In this document: positions 1 to 13,700 of the stretch, in pieces | Layout of the letters: each line of letters starts with the position of its first letter | How positions within the stretch are numbered: the stretch's first letter is position 1 | Source: the human T2T-CHM13v2.0 reference genome, Homo sapiens | Length of the DNA: 64,000 bases | Assembly: GCF_009914755.1 (NCBI RefSeq) | Contig: NC_060929.1 | Reading direction: 5' to 3' (one strand) | Notes under the pieces: model-generated | What the model was told of the DNA's origin: nothing | Database searches by the model: none | What the model saw: the letters and a program-made list of their open reading frames with translations, nothing else | Made by a program: the position numbers and the translations under genes

Positions 1-54
1 TATGTTTCTTCTAAAAAGGGCAGCCTATTACTCAGCTGTAAAATACTGTGAGTG

Positions 55-225
55 GTGCCGTGTTGCCAGACCTTTAGTGTTTTATAGGAGAATCTGAAAA
101 ATTGGCTTTTTATGCGAAATATTTCAGTTTTCTAATGTTGACTTAAATGTTATAAAAACACTGTGGAGGCCAAACAAATTTATGTTTTCAACCTAGCTAT
201 GTCTTGAACCTATAGGTCACAACCT
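55..225 (+). mobile_element. hAT-Charlie-type DNA transposon remnant (MER102-like)
   Basis: ttgccagac...ttttatgcgaaat...aaaacactgtggaggccaaacaaa resembles the 3' part of a recalled MER-type hAT consensus; subfamily uncertain. Confidence 0.45.
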
Positions 226-829
226 TTCTTTTTAGTGGGAAAGAAACACCAACACCAAATTATGGAAAGCCAGACAAACCTAGTAATGTCGTGGGCTAGG
301 AAAAAAAAAAAAAAAAAAAGAAGCACACAGGATTTACTCTGGATAATGTCTGCAGTGTCCAGCATGATGGCTTCTCAGCTGCTCTGTGTCAGTGGGCAGC
401 TGATAGAGCCAAGTAGCCCTCCGTCTTCACAAGATGGAGCTTGTCGAAAGACTGACTTGTGCTCCTTGCCAGTGACTGGGAGAGTTGAGGTGTCAGTGGG
501 CTTCCTGCCAAGGCTAGTTTCTCATTAACTTTAACCTGATGAACATTGCAGGATGCAGGAGCCTGTCAGCCTTGCTGCACAGGCAGCACACCTCTGAGAT
601 AAGAGGAAACAGAAGGTTGCAGGTACTGTTTTTGCTTCGTGTGGCAGGAGAGTATTCCAAAAAGCTATCAAAAAATCAATTGACCTGCCAAAATTCCACC
701 TTATGGGCCGAATGTGCATTGATCTTTTCTACATTTACCAGAGTATTTCTTCTTCTTTCTAGCTCCTTCCACTTACTTTTAGCTATTCTACTTTCACCAA
801 GTAAGAATCATAAGCCTCTCAGAACGGCA

Positions 830-960
830 GATTATAGAAGAGGTCTTAAAGATGTTGTAATGCGACCCCTTCATATTACGAATATGTGAACCAAGGCCAA
901 GAGAAGAGAGAGCATTGCAAAGAGTACTCGGTAAGTTAGTCAGACTAGAACTAAGGCTTC
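830..960 (-). mobile_element. MIR SINE fragment
   Basis: Degenerate reverse MIR core (cccttcatattacgaatatgtgaaccaaggcc...ggtaagttagt). Confidence 0.5.
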
Positions 961-994
961 CTTAGTCGTTGTTCATTTCTCATATTCCCAAATC

Positions 995-1465
995 TTGCTG
1001 TTGAGCAGAATCCCATGAATATTAAAACAGCTGTGGCTGGGCACGGTGGCTCACACCTGTAATCCCAGCATTTTGGGAAGCTGAGGTGGGCAGATCGCTT
1101 GAGGTCAGGAATTCGAGATCAGCCTGACCAACATGGCAAAACCCTGTTTCTATTAAAAATATAAAAATTAGCGTGGTGGCATGCGCCAGTAGTCCCAACT
1201 ACTTAGGAGACTGAGGCAGGAGAATCGCTTGAGCTAGGGAGACGGAGGTTGTAGTGAGCCAAGATCGCGCCACTGCACTCCAGACTGGGTGACAGAGTCA
1301 GACTCTGCCTCAAGAAAAATACCAAAAATGCACATACGCAGCTGTACAGAACACCCCAAACCTATCGAATTAGAGATTCCAGGGGTGGAGACTAGGAATG
1401 TATATTTTTTCAGGTCCCTGGGTCATTTTAAGGTCTTCTGATGGGCTGATTGTTGGAAATCACCG
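995..1465. mobile_element. MER5A-like hAT fossil interrupted by an Alu
   Basis: cagaatc...taaaa before the Alu; accccaaacctatcgaattagagattccaggggtggagactaggaatgtatattttt...ttggaaatcacc after it. Confidence 0.6.
1035..1330 (+). mobile_element. AluS (Sx/Sz-like) SINE
   Basis: GGCTGGGCACGGTGGCTCACACCTGTAATCCCAGC start, two arms, A-rich linker and tail; CAGCTGT on both flanks. Confidence 0.95.
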
Positions 1466-1889
1466 ACTTCTACTTGGGATTCCGCCCTCAAATGTGTCAC
1501 AATTAAATTCTAGTGTAGGCATTCTTAGTAAGAACTCTTGATTTTCACATCTGGTTTAAGGCAGAGTGGTTTACTGTTGCCTTCTGAGACAAATCCAAGA
1601 AAGTAGAAACTGTCAATACATTGCATAGAAATGGCTTATTTTCATGCATCCCTGATCCTTGACAAATTTTAGTTAAAGCAGGCTCAAAGATTTATTGCAT
1701 TTGAGGTTCTTAATGCTTATGTGAGCAAAATTATCAGGATTTCTCCGTAAAGCAAGAAGAATGAGATATGTCACACTTGTTAAAGACAGGATTCTGATGA
1801 TGTGCTTAACTTTAGTCACTGAGATCTTTAATATCTTCTCTGGCCATGAACAAATAGCTGTGGTCACCATAGTAAAAGTAACTAAAACA

Positions 1890-2110
1890 GCAAATACAAT
1901 TTACTAAGTCCTGACTCTATGACAGAACTGGACTCAGTGCTTTCTTATATATTATCTCATTTAGTCTTCACATGCACTATGGGCATGAGTATTACTTTCA
2001 CTGTTTTCCAGATGAGAAAACTAACTCTCAAATTATAAAATGCACCGTAGAAAGTGTAGTTAGGAATAAACAGAGCCAGGTATTGGACTCCAAAGCTGGT
2101 CCCCAGCCTG
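1890..2110 (-). mobile_element. MIR SINE
   Basis: ttatctcatttagtcttcac...ttttccagatgagaaaact...cagagccagg, reverse MIR pattern. Confidence 0.75.
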
Positions 2111-2567
2111 TTGCTTAGGTCTAATGGGTGACTGTCCACCAACATTCTTTAGAAAGACCATTAATCCCACCTACTCAAAACCTCCATCTCTCACTATTCC
2201 CTTATTTCCACTTTGCCATAAACTCTACAAAGGACTAGAAATGTAGTGTTGAATCAAGGGGGGAAAATATTTTTCTGCTAAGTATACAATCAGTGATATA
2301 AACTATTTGCTATAGTATATAAACAAGAGGTTTTCTCCATTCTGGTTGTCTTCTCTCATTGTTGGGGAAAAGAATTATCGTGTAGCTCTGTTCATGAACA
2401 CACACATAACTTTGATAATTTAAGGATATATTAAAAGTAACTGTAATTGGTACAGTAGTAAAGTGGTTTGAATAGGGTTCTTTGTTTAACTTATCATTGT
2501 TAGGAAATACAGTATAATCACAGTTTTTGAGTATTTCAGTTTTGTGATTTTTAAAATAATGTGACAC

Positions 2568-2661
2568 AAAATATTAGTTTCTTAATTTATATCCACATTT
2601 TGAAATGATAAGTTAAAATATTAGCTTCTTAATGTATGTTCAAATGTTAAAATTATGTGAG
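2568..2661. repeat. Two-copy ~47 bp imperfect tandem duplication
   Basis: aaaatattagtttcttaatttatatccacattttgaaatgat vs aaaatattagcttcttaatgtatgttcaaatgttaaaattat. Confidence 0.75.
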
Positions 2662-5545
2662 TCGCTCAAACTAATATTCTTCAAGAAGTATGTAATATCA
2701 AAGTTGGTGATTCAAATGAACAGGAAACTGTGTAATTGGTTTTTTGCTTTTTTTTTTTGCACCATGATAAGGTTTAGCCCTTAGGTTCCCACTGGTGGAA
2801 AGGACTATGCATTAAGTGCTGGAGGTTTAGAAACTAAAGCTACTGATCATGACTGAATAACACTGTGGTCCACCATTTCCACATCTATAGGATAAGGGTT
2901 TCGAATTTTACTGGATGCTGTCTGAGAATCCTCTTTTCTCTAAACTTCTGTGAGTTCCCACCAATCCTAGACACTCCTTAGCCTTGCCCACTTTGGGAGA
3001 GAATAACTTTTTTCTGTGAAGTCAAATCAGCCAGAGAAAAAAGTTTCTCTTATTTTTCCATTTTACCGGTTAAGAAACTGAGGGCCTACTCAAGCTGAGA
3101 ATGTGGGAAGAGTTTAAAGCAATCTTGGAGAGTGCTGTGCTCTGGGCCTTGAAACAGCTGAGGGAGTGACAGCCACTTCTAGTCCTAAAGGGGAGAGGGG
3201 AGGGAACAAAAAGAGTAAGTGACCTGACCCCACTCACGGCCTTCTCTCCAGTCTGTTCATGTTCCACATTGGCCACACCCAACCAGGGATGTTGAGGACC
3301 AGAGAGCCCATTAATGCAGTCTTTACGGACAAGCCTTCCGGGGTACTCAGCATGATAGAGAAGGCAAGAGTCAATGTGGAGGAGCAAATGGAAGATAGTC
3401 ATTACTATCTATTTGCTCAATTGTTTTTGAATTTATTTAGCAGGCACTTAGAATTAGGTAGCAGGAAAAGATTTTATATACCTACAGCTGGAGCATTCAA
3501 AAAAATCACACAGCATACTAGCATGATAGAAAGGACTAGAATTGAGACCTCCTAGCTTTGACTGCAAATCTCAGTCTGTACTATAAAAGCTGTCATTTAA
3601 CTTCTCATCATTAAAAAAAAAATACTTAGATATGAGTGATACACTTTTTCTCTTTAACCATCTTTGAAGGCAGAAGACTTATCATCATTGTTTTGAGAAG
3701 CAGCATGCTATCTTTGAAAAATAATGGGATTTGCAATTCCCATCTCATTCCTCAACTTTTATTAGCGTATGTGACCAGCACTCTGAGCCTCATTTCCACC
3801 ATTATAGGAATGGTAATATCTGTCTTGGCTATTTTGCAAGATTATTTGGAAGGTCAAATGAAATAACCAAAGAGCCTTAAAAAATGTCTAGTGCTATGTG
3901 TGCAAAAATATGTGGTTGTAATTCATCAGAATATAGTCATAAGTAAAAGCTATAAACTTCCTTAAAGAACAAAATTACGTAGATTTTACTTTATGTTCTG
4001 AATATTTACTGAGTAATTGGAATAATTTAAACTTTAAAGACATGATTATTAATTTTAAATTATCTATTCTTTGAAATTAGAGTTAAGCAAATGAAAAAAA
4101 TCTAGCATCTGGAAATTTGAGTCTCAGCCAGGATACATATTATCTTTCTCTGAACCACTCATAAAAAAAACAAAACAAAACAAATAAACAAACAAAAACC
4201 CTATCATACCTTTGGCTTCAGAAGAGGCTGTATTTTTTTCAGATTGTAATAACCAATTTTGGATATTTAAATACTGTTTATGAAACATTTAGTAGAATTT
4301 ATTACTTCTGTTAACTACAGCTAGAATAAACATTGGATAAATAAAATTCATGAAATATAGAAAAGTATCTACAGGAAAATGAATCATTAATTTCCCAATT
4401 TCAGAGGTGATCACTGTGCATTTTTATAAATATTTACACAGATATTTTTCTTACATAATTGAAATCCATTGTAAAGTTTTTATTTAATATATTGTAAGCA
4501 TTTTTCTTGTCATGAATTATTCCAACGTAATTTTAATGGCTACATGAGAATACCTTCTTTAACAAATCTTGTATTGTTAAATATGTAGATTTTTGGAAAG
4601 TGTTTTTGATTATCAAGAAAAGCTGACATATTTTTCTTAAGTCCCATGGAAGACTTGAGTTTGAAAGAAAATAGCAAATTGTGGGTTCTTAAACAAAGAA
4701 ATGTGTTCTTTAGTAAATTAGCTTTCAGTTAATATTTCAGTCAGTATAATTCACGAACTGAAATCTGTCTGAAACAGTTTACACATATTTTCAAATCTTT
4801 AAGACATATTTTTCACAAGTGCTTTGCCATGAGTTGTAATAATTACATAATAAATAACACTATCTCAGAAAAGGAAATATGTCATCATCTTAAGCTACAT
4901 TATTAAGAGATTATAATATGAAACTAGAAGGCAATGAAATTTATTTTTAACTAAGATATATCAGCACAAAGATCTCTTCCAGCATCAGTCTTATATATAC
5001 TAATTTGAAATTCTTAAATAATTGGTCTTCCGAGTTTTTCTATTAAAAAAGCTTCACTTTCTATATTTTATTCCTGCAATTCATTCATTAAAAGTAATAA
5101 TGTGAAAATGCCACAAAATCACATTTATTTAAAAATATTCTTTATAGTCTCAAGATGCGTCCAGAATCATATAAATCAACAACTGTAACAAATTAAATCT
5201 AATTATTGCTGGATTCAGTTCATATAAGAGGGTATCTCTTATTATAAGTGCTTTGTTGAGTTATATTTCCTAAGAGGAAGCATTTTTATTTTAAGATTTT
5301 GAGGAAGAAATTGCACATATATTCTTGATTTCAATATTTAGCCCTCTATAGCATTTACGCCTTTAGCCTTTGCTAACATTGTGCTTGATTTAAGTTTCTG
5401 ATTTTTTTTTGCCTCTTCTTCATGTGTGCCCATCATCACGTAATAGTAGCTTATTGTTTGAAGCTACTTCACTTGATATTTTCTGTCTTTTCTTCCAACT
5501 TGTTTGTCCTATTCTTGCCTCTTCCCTTAATTTCTTCTCTTAGAT

Positions 5546-5750
5546 TAGAGGCCAGCAAATTTTTCCTCTAAAGAGCTAGATAGTAAATATTTTAGCCTTT
5601 GTGTAGCACAAGGCCTCTGTCAGGACAAAACTTTCTCCTTATATGCAAGAGCAGCCATAGACTATACGTAAATGAATGGCTGTGGTTGAGTTCCAATAAA
5701 ACTTGATTTGCAAAAATAGACAGCAGACTGGATTACCCTTATAGCCTGCT
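5546..5750 (+). mobile_element. MER58A (hAT-Charlie MITE)
   Basis: cagcaaatttttc...tagtaaatattttagcc...cagccatagac...aaatgaatgg...gttccaataaaact. Confidence 0.8.
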
Positions 5751-6079
5751 TAGATATTGGCATAATACATTTCTTTACCATGTGTCTTTTTACTTACAAG
5801 TGTCTATGGCTTTGTTTCCAGATATCTATCATAAATATTTTTGAAACTAAGGGAATCAATGCACGAACATATCAAAGATCGGGAATTTTTGTTTTATCCT
5901 GAAGATACCCTGTCGTCTATTTTACTTTTGGGAGAATGGAAAAGTTTTTATGTAGGATGGAGAACAAGAAAAGCTTTATTTTTGCTTCAAACTCTGTAGT
6001 AAACATTCACTTTTATATCACAGAGAAAATTCTCATTGACAAGTTAGTTCCTCAAATTTCATTCAACCAAACACCTTGA

Positions 6080-6330
6080 TAATAGTAATCATAGCTCACA
6101 GTAATTAAGTGCTTACCGCTTTCCAGTCACAGGACTAAGAACTATATGTTTGCCCTTAGAGCAAATCCCAAGGGCATCGTCTGTTGTCTGTTTTATGGAT
6201 GAAGAGACTGAGAGCTTCAGTAACTTGCCCAAGGGCACAAAGCTGGTGAATTGCAGAAATAAAACCAAGGCTATATATGTTGGACACCTAAACCCATGCT
6301 CTTCTATGTTAACTTCTTAGTCACTGCTTA
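6080..6330 (-). mobile_element. MIR SINE
   Basis: ttttatggatgaagagactgagag...taacttgcccaagggcacaaagctggtga. Confidence 0.8.
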
Positions 6331-6714
6331 TACTTTCTAATTCTACTGTAAAACAAGAAATGAGTGATACAGAAGAGATGGGAGAACTATTATATGTTTG
6401 CAGTGTAGACATGAACATTTTCCTCATCTTTCCTTCCTACTTCCTGGATCTTCCTTAATTTTGAATCATAATTATATGTTTAAATTAAGAAGCGTGAACT
6501 TCTTAATGTTTCTGAATATAGCAACTGTTTTATTCCAAAGTCACAAAGTCAGATGTATGAAAATGTAACTCTCTTTTTCTACAGCCTCAGTTCCATCAGC
6601 CTCCCAGTCTAGTTTTGACTGTTAAATTCAGTCACATGCAGTCATTTATTGTTAATTTCAGGTCAAACTTTTGATTTCCCCCCACTCATATTCCTTTCTG
6701 GAGTAAATTTCAAG

Positions 6715-7205
6715 TGCCAGGGTTCCTTACCCTAGATTCTCTAGGAAACAGAATGTGTGACAGAATTTACCTGCTAATGAGTTTGTAGTCCCAGGGTGGT
6801 GGGGGTGGGGGTGGAGTGGATAAAGAGAGGTAAGCCAAGGAAGGAAGGAAGCACAAAAAGTTAAATTACAAAACTGGCTGCAGTTTTGCAAATAAACACA
6901 GATTCCTTCCTTCCATTGGTCAATATTTTGTCTACACTTCTGAGATTTTCAAACAACCTCTCCAGGCTACTGTTGGGGAAGCTACCTCCCATGTTCAATA
7001 AGCAGTGTTGCACCTGAGTCTAGAAGGGAGGAGTCAGAGACTCTGTGTTATGAGGGTGTTAAACTTGGTAGCCAGAGACCCCTTTTGAGGTGTGTGTGAT
7101 GGAGGTTGTTCTGCAGTGTGGCGTGAGGTCTTAATAGTGTGTGCAGCTCTCCATTGAGCAAGTGGTCAAGGACCAGGGAACCAGGTAGGGCTGAATAAAT
7201 CAGTC
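6715..7205. mobile_element. Old ERVL-type LTR remnant (LTR33/LTR16-like)
   Basis: tagattctctaggaaacagaatgtgtgacagaattt resembles an LTR33/16 terminus; highly decayed. Confidence 0.35.
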
Positions 7206-8426
7206 AGTCTTGGATTTGACTCCCTTTTTTCTTTGGTCTCAGCTGAGATGTGCAATCATCCTCTCATGTCCTACTATGGTTTCTGAAGAGATGGTGCATT
7301 GTACTCATCACCATTCCCCCATCGTTTTGTCCTTGAGGACTATTTGAACCTCCTGTTCTCTCAACTGATGCCTTCTCCCTGCTCAGAAGATGGGAAGCTG
7401 TTTACTGTTCCCTCATGTTCCTCTAGATCTGCAGAAAGCAATTCACATGCACATCAAAACACTGGCTTAGGGCACAGCTAAAACATTCTGCCTCCTGAAT
7501 TACATGTAGGGTATGAACCATAATTCCCCTTGACTCTAAAATCCTTAACTTGAATGGGTTCTATAATAGCCCACACACTAACCCTGGGGGATGAGGCAAG
7601 GCAGCCATTTATCTTCATGTCATCTAATCATCTTGGTGTTTATCTAACTTCCCTCCTTCTCCTCCAGCTAACAGGCTTGCTTTTCTCTGCTTGCCTGGTG
7701 GGTATTGGGATGGCAATGTAGCCCAGCTTCTCTCTACATCTTTTCTTTCTTAAGGTGCATTGCAGAGACTTTTAAATTCAATAGCCAAACATTTCACTAT
7801 TGTTTTTTCTCCTTTCTCTCATTGATCCATGATAAACTTTCTTCCATTTGGAAAATGCTGGATTCCACTTTCCCAAATGAGGGATTATAAGAAAATACTA
7901 AAGTACTAAGGATTGAGGAAGATACTAAATAGTTAAGATATTCATATCAACTCACCACTTGTGTATGCAAATGGAGGAGTGAGACATGTAGGAGTGAGAG
8001 TCAAGTTTTGAGGAACCCTGTCAGAGTCCATGTTTCCGTAGGAGCCCATCAGAGCCATGGAGGAATCTACTAGCTTGGCATGACTCTGATGTACTTTGTC
8101 TCAAAGTCCGTTAACAGACACCACCATTAACCACACATAATTTCCTCATAGAGGGAGGCATAGTCAGTCCTCAGCTGTGCTTACTGTGCTTTCTCCACCT
8201 AGTAAACCAGACCTGTTTGACCTGAAACTTTACATGGTGCTAGATAATGGCTTCTTTTATTTCTTTTCTGTCCTGAGGTAGTACATTCCACTGACTCCTT
8301 ATGCTGAAATTTACTCCATTACCTCAAAGCTATGACCAGGCATCACTCAACAGGCACTCAGAAATGACACGAACTGATTTCTGGTTTTGGAATCTACCAA
8401 TATTATTATCAAAAGAAATCATTTTC

Positions 8427-8800
<374 letters not shown>

Positions 8801-9589
8801 TTATAAAATGACTCTAAAATGAGTCTATTTACAGTCTTGCAGCTTTTAGAGCTGAGAATTTAAATATAGCCACATAGTCACCCATAAATGTAAATGTGTG
8901 TGTATTTGAGCAGAGAATGGGACCTGAGAGTCATTTTTGGACTTGAGGTTCAATTTTCCCCTTGGAATAAATATAGAAGCTTAGGTTGATTGCGTTGAAA
9001 ATTCTATCAATTGATGGACTAGTTTCTTATTCTCCTTTCATTGGATTTTTAATCCACAGAATGTGAATGCCTTTTTTTTCCCCTTTCTTTTCTCTCTGCC
9101 TTTTCAGCCTTGTTCCCCACTCCCACCCTTGCAGCTCCTTTCATGAAATGGCAGTGAACCTTGGTGTCAGCATCATTGCTTTCCAATGAGGGGGCTTGCA
9201 TTCCTGTCTATTTCCAGTCTGCTCCTGCCCATGCTGGAAATACCAAAAGAATGACAGACATGGAAATGCCTCCCATTTATATTCATTTGATATTTGGTTC
9301 TAGTATTGAATGTGAATGGATCTTGGATTTTATTTCGAAGTGAGTATCGAACCCAAATGTCAGTGATTTGTAGAGGGCTTATTTTAACTAAGCATTGCCT
9401 TTCTGTTCCTTTCAATATCAAATCAAAACACTGGCATATATGAGTACATGAAGTGTACAAAACACTGTGCTTGGCTTTCAGAGGGACAAAGCTGGACAAT
9501 ATGGGTCTCAGCTCTCTAAGACCTTGTTAACTATTTGAAGGGACAAAACATGAGGAACTGTCTTCATAAATTTATAAATAATTGGGAAA

Positions 9590-9750
9590 GATTGCAGTGA
9601 CTGAAGAAATTTCGGCCCTCAGTTTTCTCCTCTGGAAAATTGACATGAAAATGTTTTCTATTTCTTAGAGTTGTGCCAATGAAATGAATTAAAGATGTGA
9701 GAACATTTGATCAGAGGCTAAAATATAGTAGGTGCTCAATATATTAAATG
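9590..9750 (+). mobile_element. MIR SINE
   Basis: ctcagttttctcctctggaaaat...atagtaggtgctcaata. Confidence 0.7.
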
Positions 9751-11010
9751 TGTATTTTGTTTAATTCAAGAGACCTCACCAGGGAATATCTGCTTAAGGG
9801 TCCAATTGTAATGATAGCGAGGGCTGCAGGAGTTCCGGAGGGAAGGGCTCTGTGAAGCCATACTTCTGCAAGTTGCATGGAGGGAGTAGAAATTTAGTTG
9901 GGCCATTAAGAATGGTTTGCAAAAAAAGGGAGGGGAAACTTGCCAATGGGCATTCTCAGTGGTAGAACAACACCCCTTTATGTTCCATCTGCTCTTTAAT
10001 CTTGCTACTCAATGTTGTGTGAAATCAAAACTTTTAAAAAATGAAAAAAAAGTAAAAAGGTCTAAGAGATGGAATCTTTTTCAGAGCTATTCAGCTTAGT
10101 AAGGAAACTGTTCAGCCTATATTCCCTATGAAAGGTAGCTGAATTCCATTTTAATACTTTTTTACCTGATTTTAGGACTTTCCAGAGTTGTGCCAATTTT
10201 GTTGTCAAAAATGCAAGATGATGGATCCCAGATGTTTCAATTTGTACTATATACTGCTTAGAAATCTGTTGATTTTTCTAGTTGAATCCTTGAACCTGCA
10301 GATGGATGAACTTGAAAGAGTGCTTCAGACCTGGGTGATATTGACAGTTGCCTCGGGCTTTTGCATACAAGGTTTAGAAATCTTGCAAATATTGGTCTCT
10401 AAGACTAAACACATCAAACTGTTTGAAAGTTACAGATACACTATTTTAGGAAGAAATGTCATTACTTTCTCTGGCTTACTTATTGCTTTTGGTCTTAAGT
10501 ATATGTTAAGTATGAAAATTTAGTGATATATATTCTTCAGAAAAAGGAAACATCTTAATTATATCTGAAGAATTGTAGACTAGTGTGTCTTGCAAATTTT
10601 GTTTGAAGTTTTTAGGAAATAGCGAAAAGTTTTTTGACGGAGATGCTTAAGTATGACAACACAGCATTTTTGTTCTTCTTTGACTTAACTTTGTATGAAA
10701 ACTGTTCCTCTAGTATCTGCACTTGGCACTTCCCTAATCTCTTAGATTCTAATTTATTTTTCTCTTCCGGTGTCTGTTATTATTTGTAGTGGCTTTTTGG
10801 GATTATCAGAGGGCTCTAGAATTTAATTGGAGTTTTCTTTTTAGTAAATGTATCTCTTTTCCAATATATTGGTGAAGTACATCACTTTGATATATCTTTT
10901 TTTAAAATTACTAATTGTTGCTTTGTAGGGACATAAAATAAACCACTTAAAAGGTACTGTAGTGCCTACAACTTCCAAGATGTATTGACGAAGCTGAGTT
11001 ACTCCATAAC

Positions 11011-11308
11011 TTTTTTTTTTATTGAGATGGAGTCTCGCTCTGTCACCCAGGCTGGAGCGCAGTAGCACAATCTTGGCTTACTGCAAGCTCTGCCTCCTGG
11101 GTTCACGTCATTCTCCCACCTCAGCCTCCCGAGTAGCTGGGACTACAGATGCCAGACACCACGCCTGGCTAATTTTGTTTTTGTATTTTTGGTAGAGACA
11201 GGGTTTCACCGTGTTAGCCAGGGTGGTCTTGATCTCCTGACCTCGTGATCCGCCCGCCTCGGCCTCCCACAGTGCTGGGATTGCAGGCGTGAGCCACCGT
11301 GCCCAGCC
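11011..11308 (-). mobile_element. AluY SINE, full length with TSD
   Basis: gcaagctctgcctcctgggttcacg, ttcaccgtgttagccagg, cctgacctcgtgatccgcccgcc; CTCCATAAC at 11002-11010 and 11309-11317. Confidence 0.96.
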
Positions 11309-11659
11309 CTCCATAACCATTTTTGAGCAGAGCTTTGTCATATTAGTCGTTCTGACTGAACAGAGACCTGCATCTAATATGTCTGCCAATTTAGGAAACA
11401 AAACCTACATAAAGTTTTAGGGAAGAAGTTTTAGACAACTTTGGACTTTCTTTGCACTTACAGATACCCACACATTACTCAAACACTTTCCACTGAAAAA
11501 GCAACTCAGTCACATCTAGAAATAGCAGTGCTTCCTTGCCATGTGTCCATGTAGCTAACTTATTAACAGTTCTCAAACCTGCGGGGTGAAGACAGCCACA
11601 CCCCACAGGGATCTGGCAATTTTAAAGCTTTTCTCTAATAGGCTTGCTCTCCTTGATTC

Positions 11660-12130
11660 TCCATTCTGACCTTTTTTCACTTTCTTCCTACTTCCTTCTG
11701 ATTTCTCCTTCCCTAATTCTGAGGCCTGACCCATTCTCCAATTTAGCATCTCCACAGACACTTGGCTCTACTGGAACACACTTCTGGCCTCAACACCCCA
11801 ATCACCTTTGCTTCCCAGTTCTCTCTCAGCTTGCCTGTCAGTTTCATTTCAGAGGTGCCCTCTCTGACTTCTCTTCCCCGACTGACAATCCGCATATGTT
11901 CCCCTGTCATTCTTCCTTCAGTACCCACTATTCTCATAGTGCCCTGGAATTTTCTTCTCAGCACATATTGCAGTTTCTAATTATGTGTTTATTTGTGTGA
12001 TTACTTGCTTAATGTTATTATCCTACATTATATGTCAAGCTCCATGAGGGCATAACTGTGTTTGTCTTCTCCCCAGTGTATCTCCTAGTACCTCCAACAT
12101 GGCCTTGTATAACACATGGTAGATGCTTGT
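11660..12130 (+). mobile_element. L2 LINE 3' end
   Basis: tgtcaagctccatgagggca...tgtatctcctagtacct...cacatggtagatgct matches the L2 3' terminus. Confidence 0.7.
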
Positions 12131-12149
12131 TGCTTTGTTGCAAGTATGG

Positions 12150-12588
12150 TAATATAGTTTGGATGTGTGTCCCCTCCAAATCTCATGTTGAAATGTGATC
12201 TCCGATGTGGGAAGTGGGGCCTAGGAGGCGTCTGGATCATAAGGGTGAATCCCTCATGAATGCCTTGGTGCCACCTCCCTGGCAATGAGTTCACATGATA
12301 TCTGGTTGTTTAAAAAGTCTGGGATTTTTTTCTGTCTCTCTGTTGCTCCCTCTCTTGTCGTGTGATACGCCTGCTCCCTCTTTGCCTTCTGCCATGGCTA
12401 AAAGTTACCTGAAGCCTCACCATAAGCCGAGGAAATAAATGCTTTAGAAATAAAGCCATATAAAACCAAGCAGATGCTGGTGCCATGCTTGTACAGCCTG
12501 TAGAATCATGAGCCAAGTAAACCTCTTTTCTTTATAAATCACCCAGTCTCAGATATTCCTTTATAGTAATGCAAAAAGGACTAACACA
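12150..12588 (+). mobile_element. MSTB-like solo LTR (ERVL-MaLR)
   Basis: tatagtttggatgtgtgtcccctccaaatctcatgttgaaatgtgat start; aaacctcttttctttataaatcacccagtctcag...ggactaacaca end. Confidence 0.92.
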
Positions 12589-12649
12589 GAAGCATAGATA
12601 GCTCACCTTGGTTGATTTCAGGGAGGCAATAAGGTGGAGCATTCATTAG

Positions 12650-12840
12650 TGCGTGACTTGCTTATCAGCACCATGTCTTAGTTTTGTGGCCTTGAGCAAG
12701 TGGCTTAAACTTTCTGTGCCTCAGAGAAATGGAAAAACATACATGACAGGAAGACTTTGTGGAATAAATGGGATAACTCACTTCAACCATTTAACAGAGT
12801 GCCTAGCACATAGTAAAATATCAAATGATCACTTAGATAA
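12650..12840 (+). mobile_element. MIR SINE
   Basis: tgtggccttgagcaagtggcttaaactttctgtgcctcag...agtgcctagcacatagtaa. Confidence 0.8.
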
Positions 12841-13034
12841 AATCATCATTTTTTCCCTATTTAGTTAGAATAAATGGATACTCTAGGTATTATACTACTA
12901 TAGTGCAATATTATTCAATTCACAATATGGTTTATTTGTGATCATATTGTGCAAACTAGAATGTTCGTTAACTCACTAAGTGCTTGTAGAATTTGATTTC
13001 CTTCCTGTGTTACATTGTGTCACCACTATTTTAC

Positions 13035-13240
13035 CAACATAGTGAGACTCCTATCTCTACAAAAAAAAAAAATAATGGGCAACATAGAGAGACCCAGTTT
13101 CTGCATAACATAAGTTACTTGGGTGTAGTGGTGCTCACCTGTAGTCCCAGCTACTCAGGAGGCTGAGGCAGGAGGACTGCTTGAGCCCAGCAGGTCAAGG
13201 TTACAGTGAGCTATGATCATGCCAGTGCACTCCAGCCGAA
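13035..13240 (+). mobile_element. Truncated AluJ with a duplicated left-arm end
   Basis: caacatagtgagac...A-linker occurs twice; ggaggactgcttgagccca and gagctatgatcatgcc are AluJ diagnostics. Confidence 0.85.
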
Positions 13241-13299
13241 GTAATGCCATGTCCCAGAAAAGGCTCACAACACAATTGTTTTATGTTTTAATATTAAAT

Positions 13300-13700
13300 A
13301 AGGCCAATAAATACACCTTGTGTGTGCTACCAAGAAACAAAAACGTATTCAATTGTATTTGTTCATCCTAATAATCCTCGTAGAGAGCTTCACTCTCCCC
13401 ATTCAACAGATAAGAAAACCAGTCCTGGACTGATTAAGTGAACTGCCAATTCAATTTAACAGAGATTTATTGAACACCTGTTCTATGCCAGGTGCTCTGA
13501 GAGATAGAAGAGTAAGGCTCAGGCTGAACTCTCAAGAAGTTGGAATCAGCAAGAATAAACACACATGCGCCATGAGCAGTCACTCAGCTGCTGACAAGGA
13601 GCCCTTCCCAGGCACTCTCTGCATGTGATGGGATGATGAGTGTGCTTATGGAGGGAGTGAGGCTGAGGGCTTCAGCCCCTGTAACTACGAATCAAAAGGC
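13300..13700 (-). mobile_element. MIR fragment followed by L2 3' fragment
   Basis: cccattcaacagataagaaaac (MIR); attcaatttaacagagatttattgaacacctgttctatgccaggtgct (reverse L2 end). Confidence 0.65.

Noticed and set aside
4240-4860. Possible 3'UTR with several AATAAA
   Set aside because: AATAAA is frequent in such AT-rich DNA, part resembles an old L1ME fragment, and there is no upstream coding exon
6793-6819. G-quadruplex candidate
   Set aside because: Only three runs of three or more G; marginal
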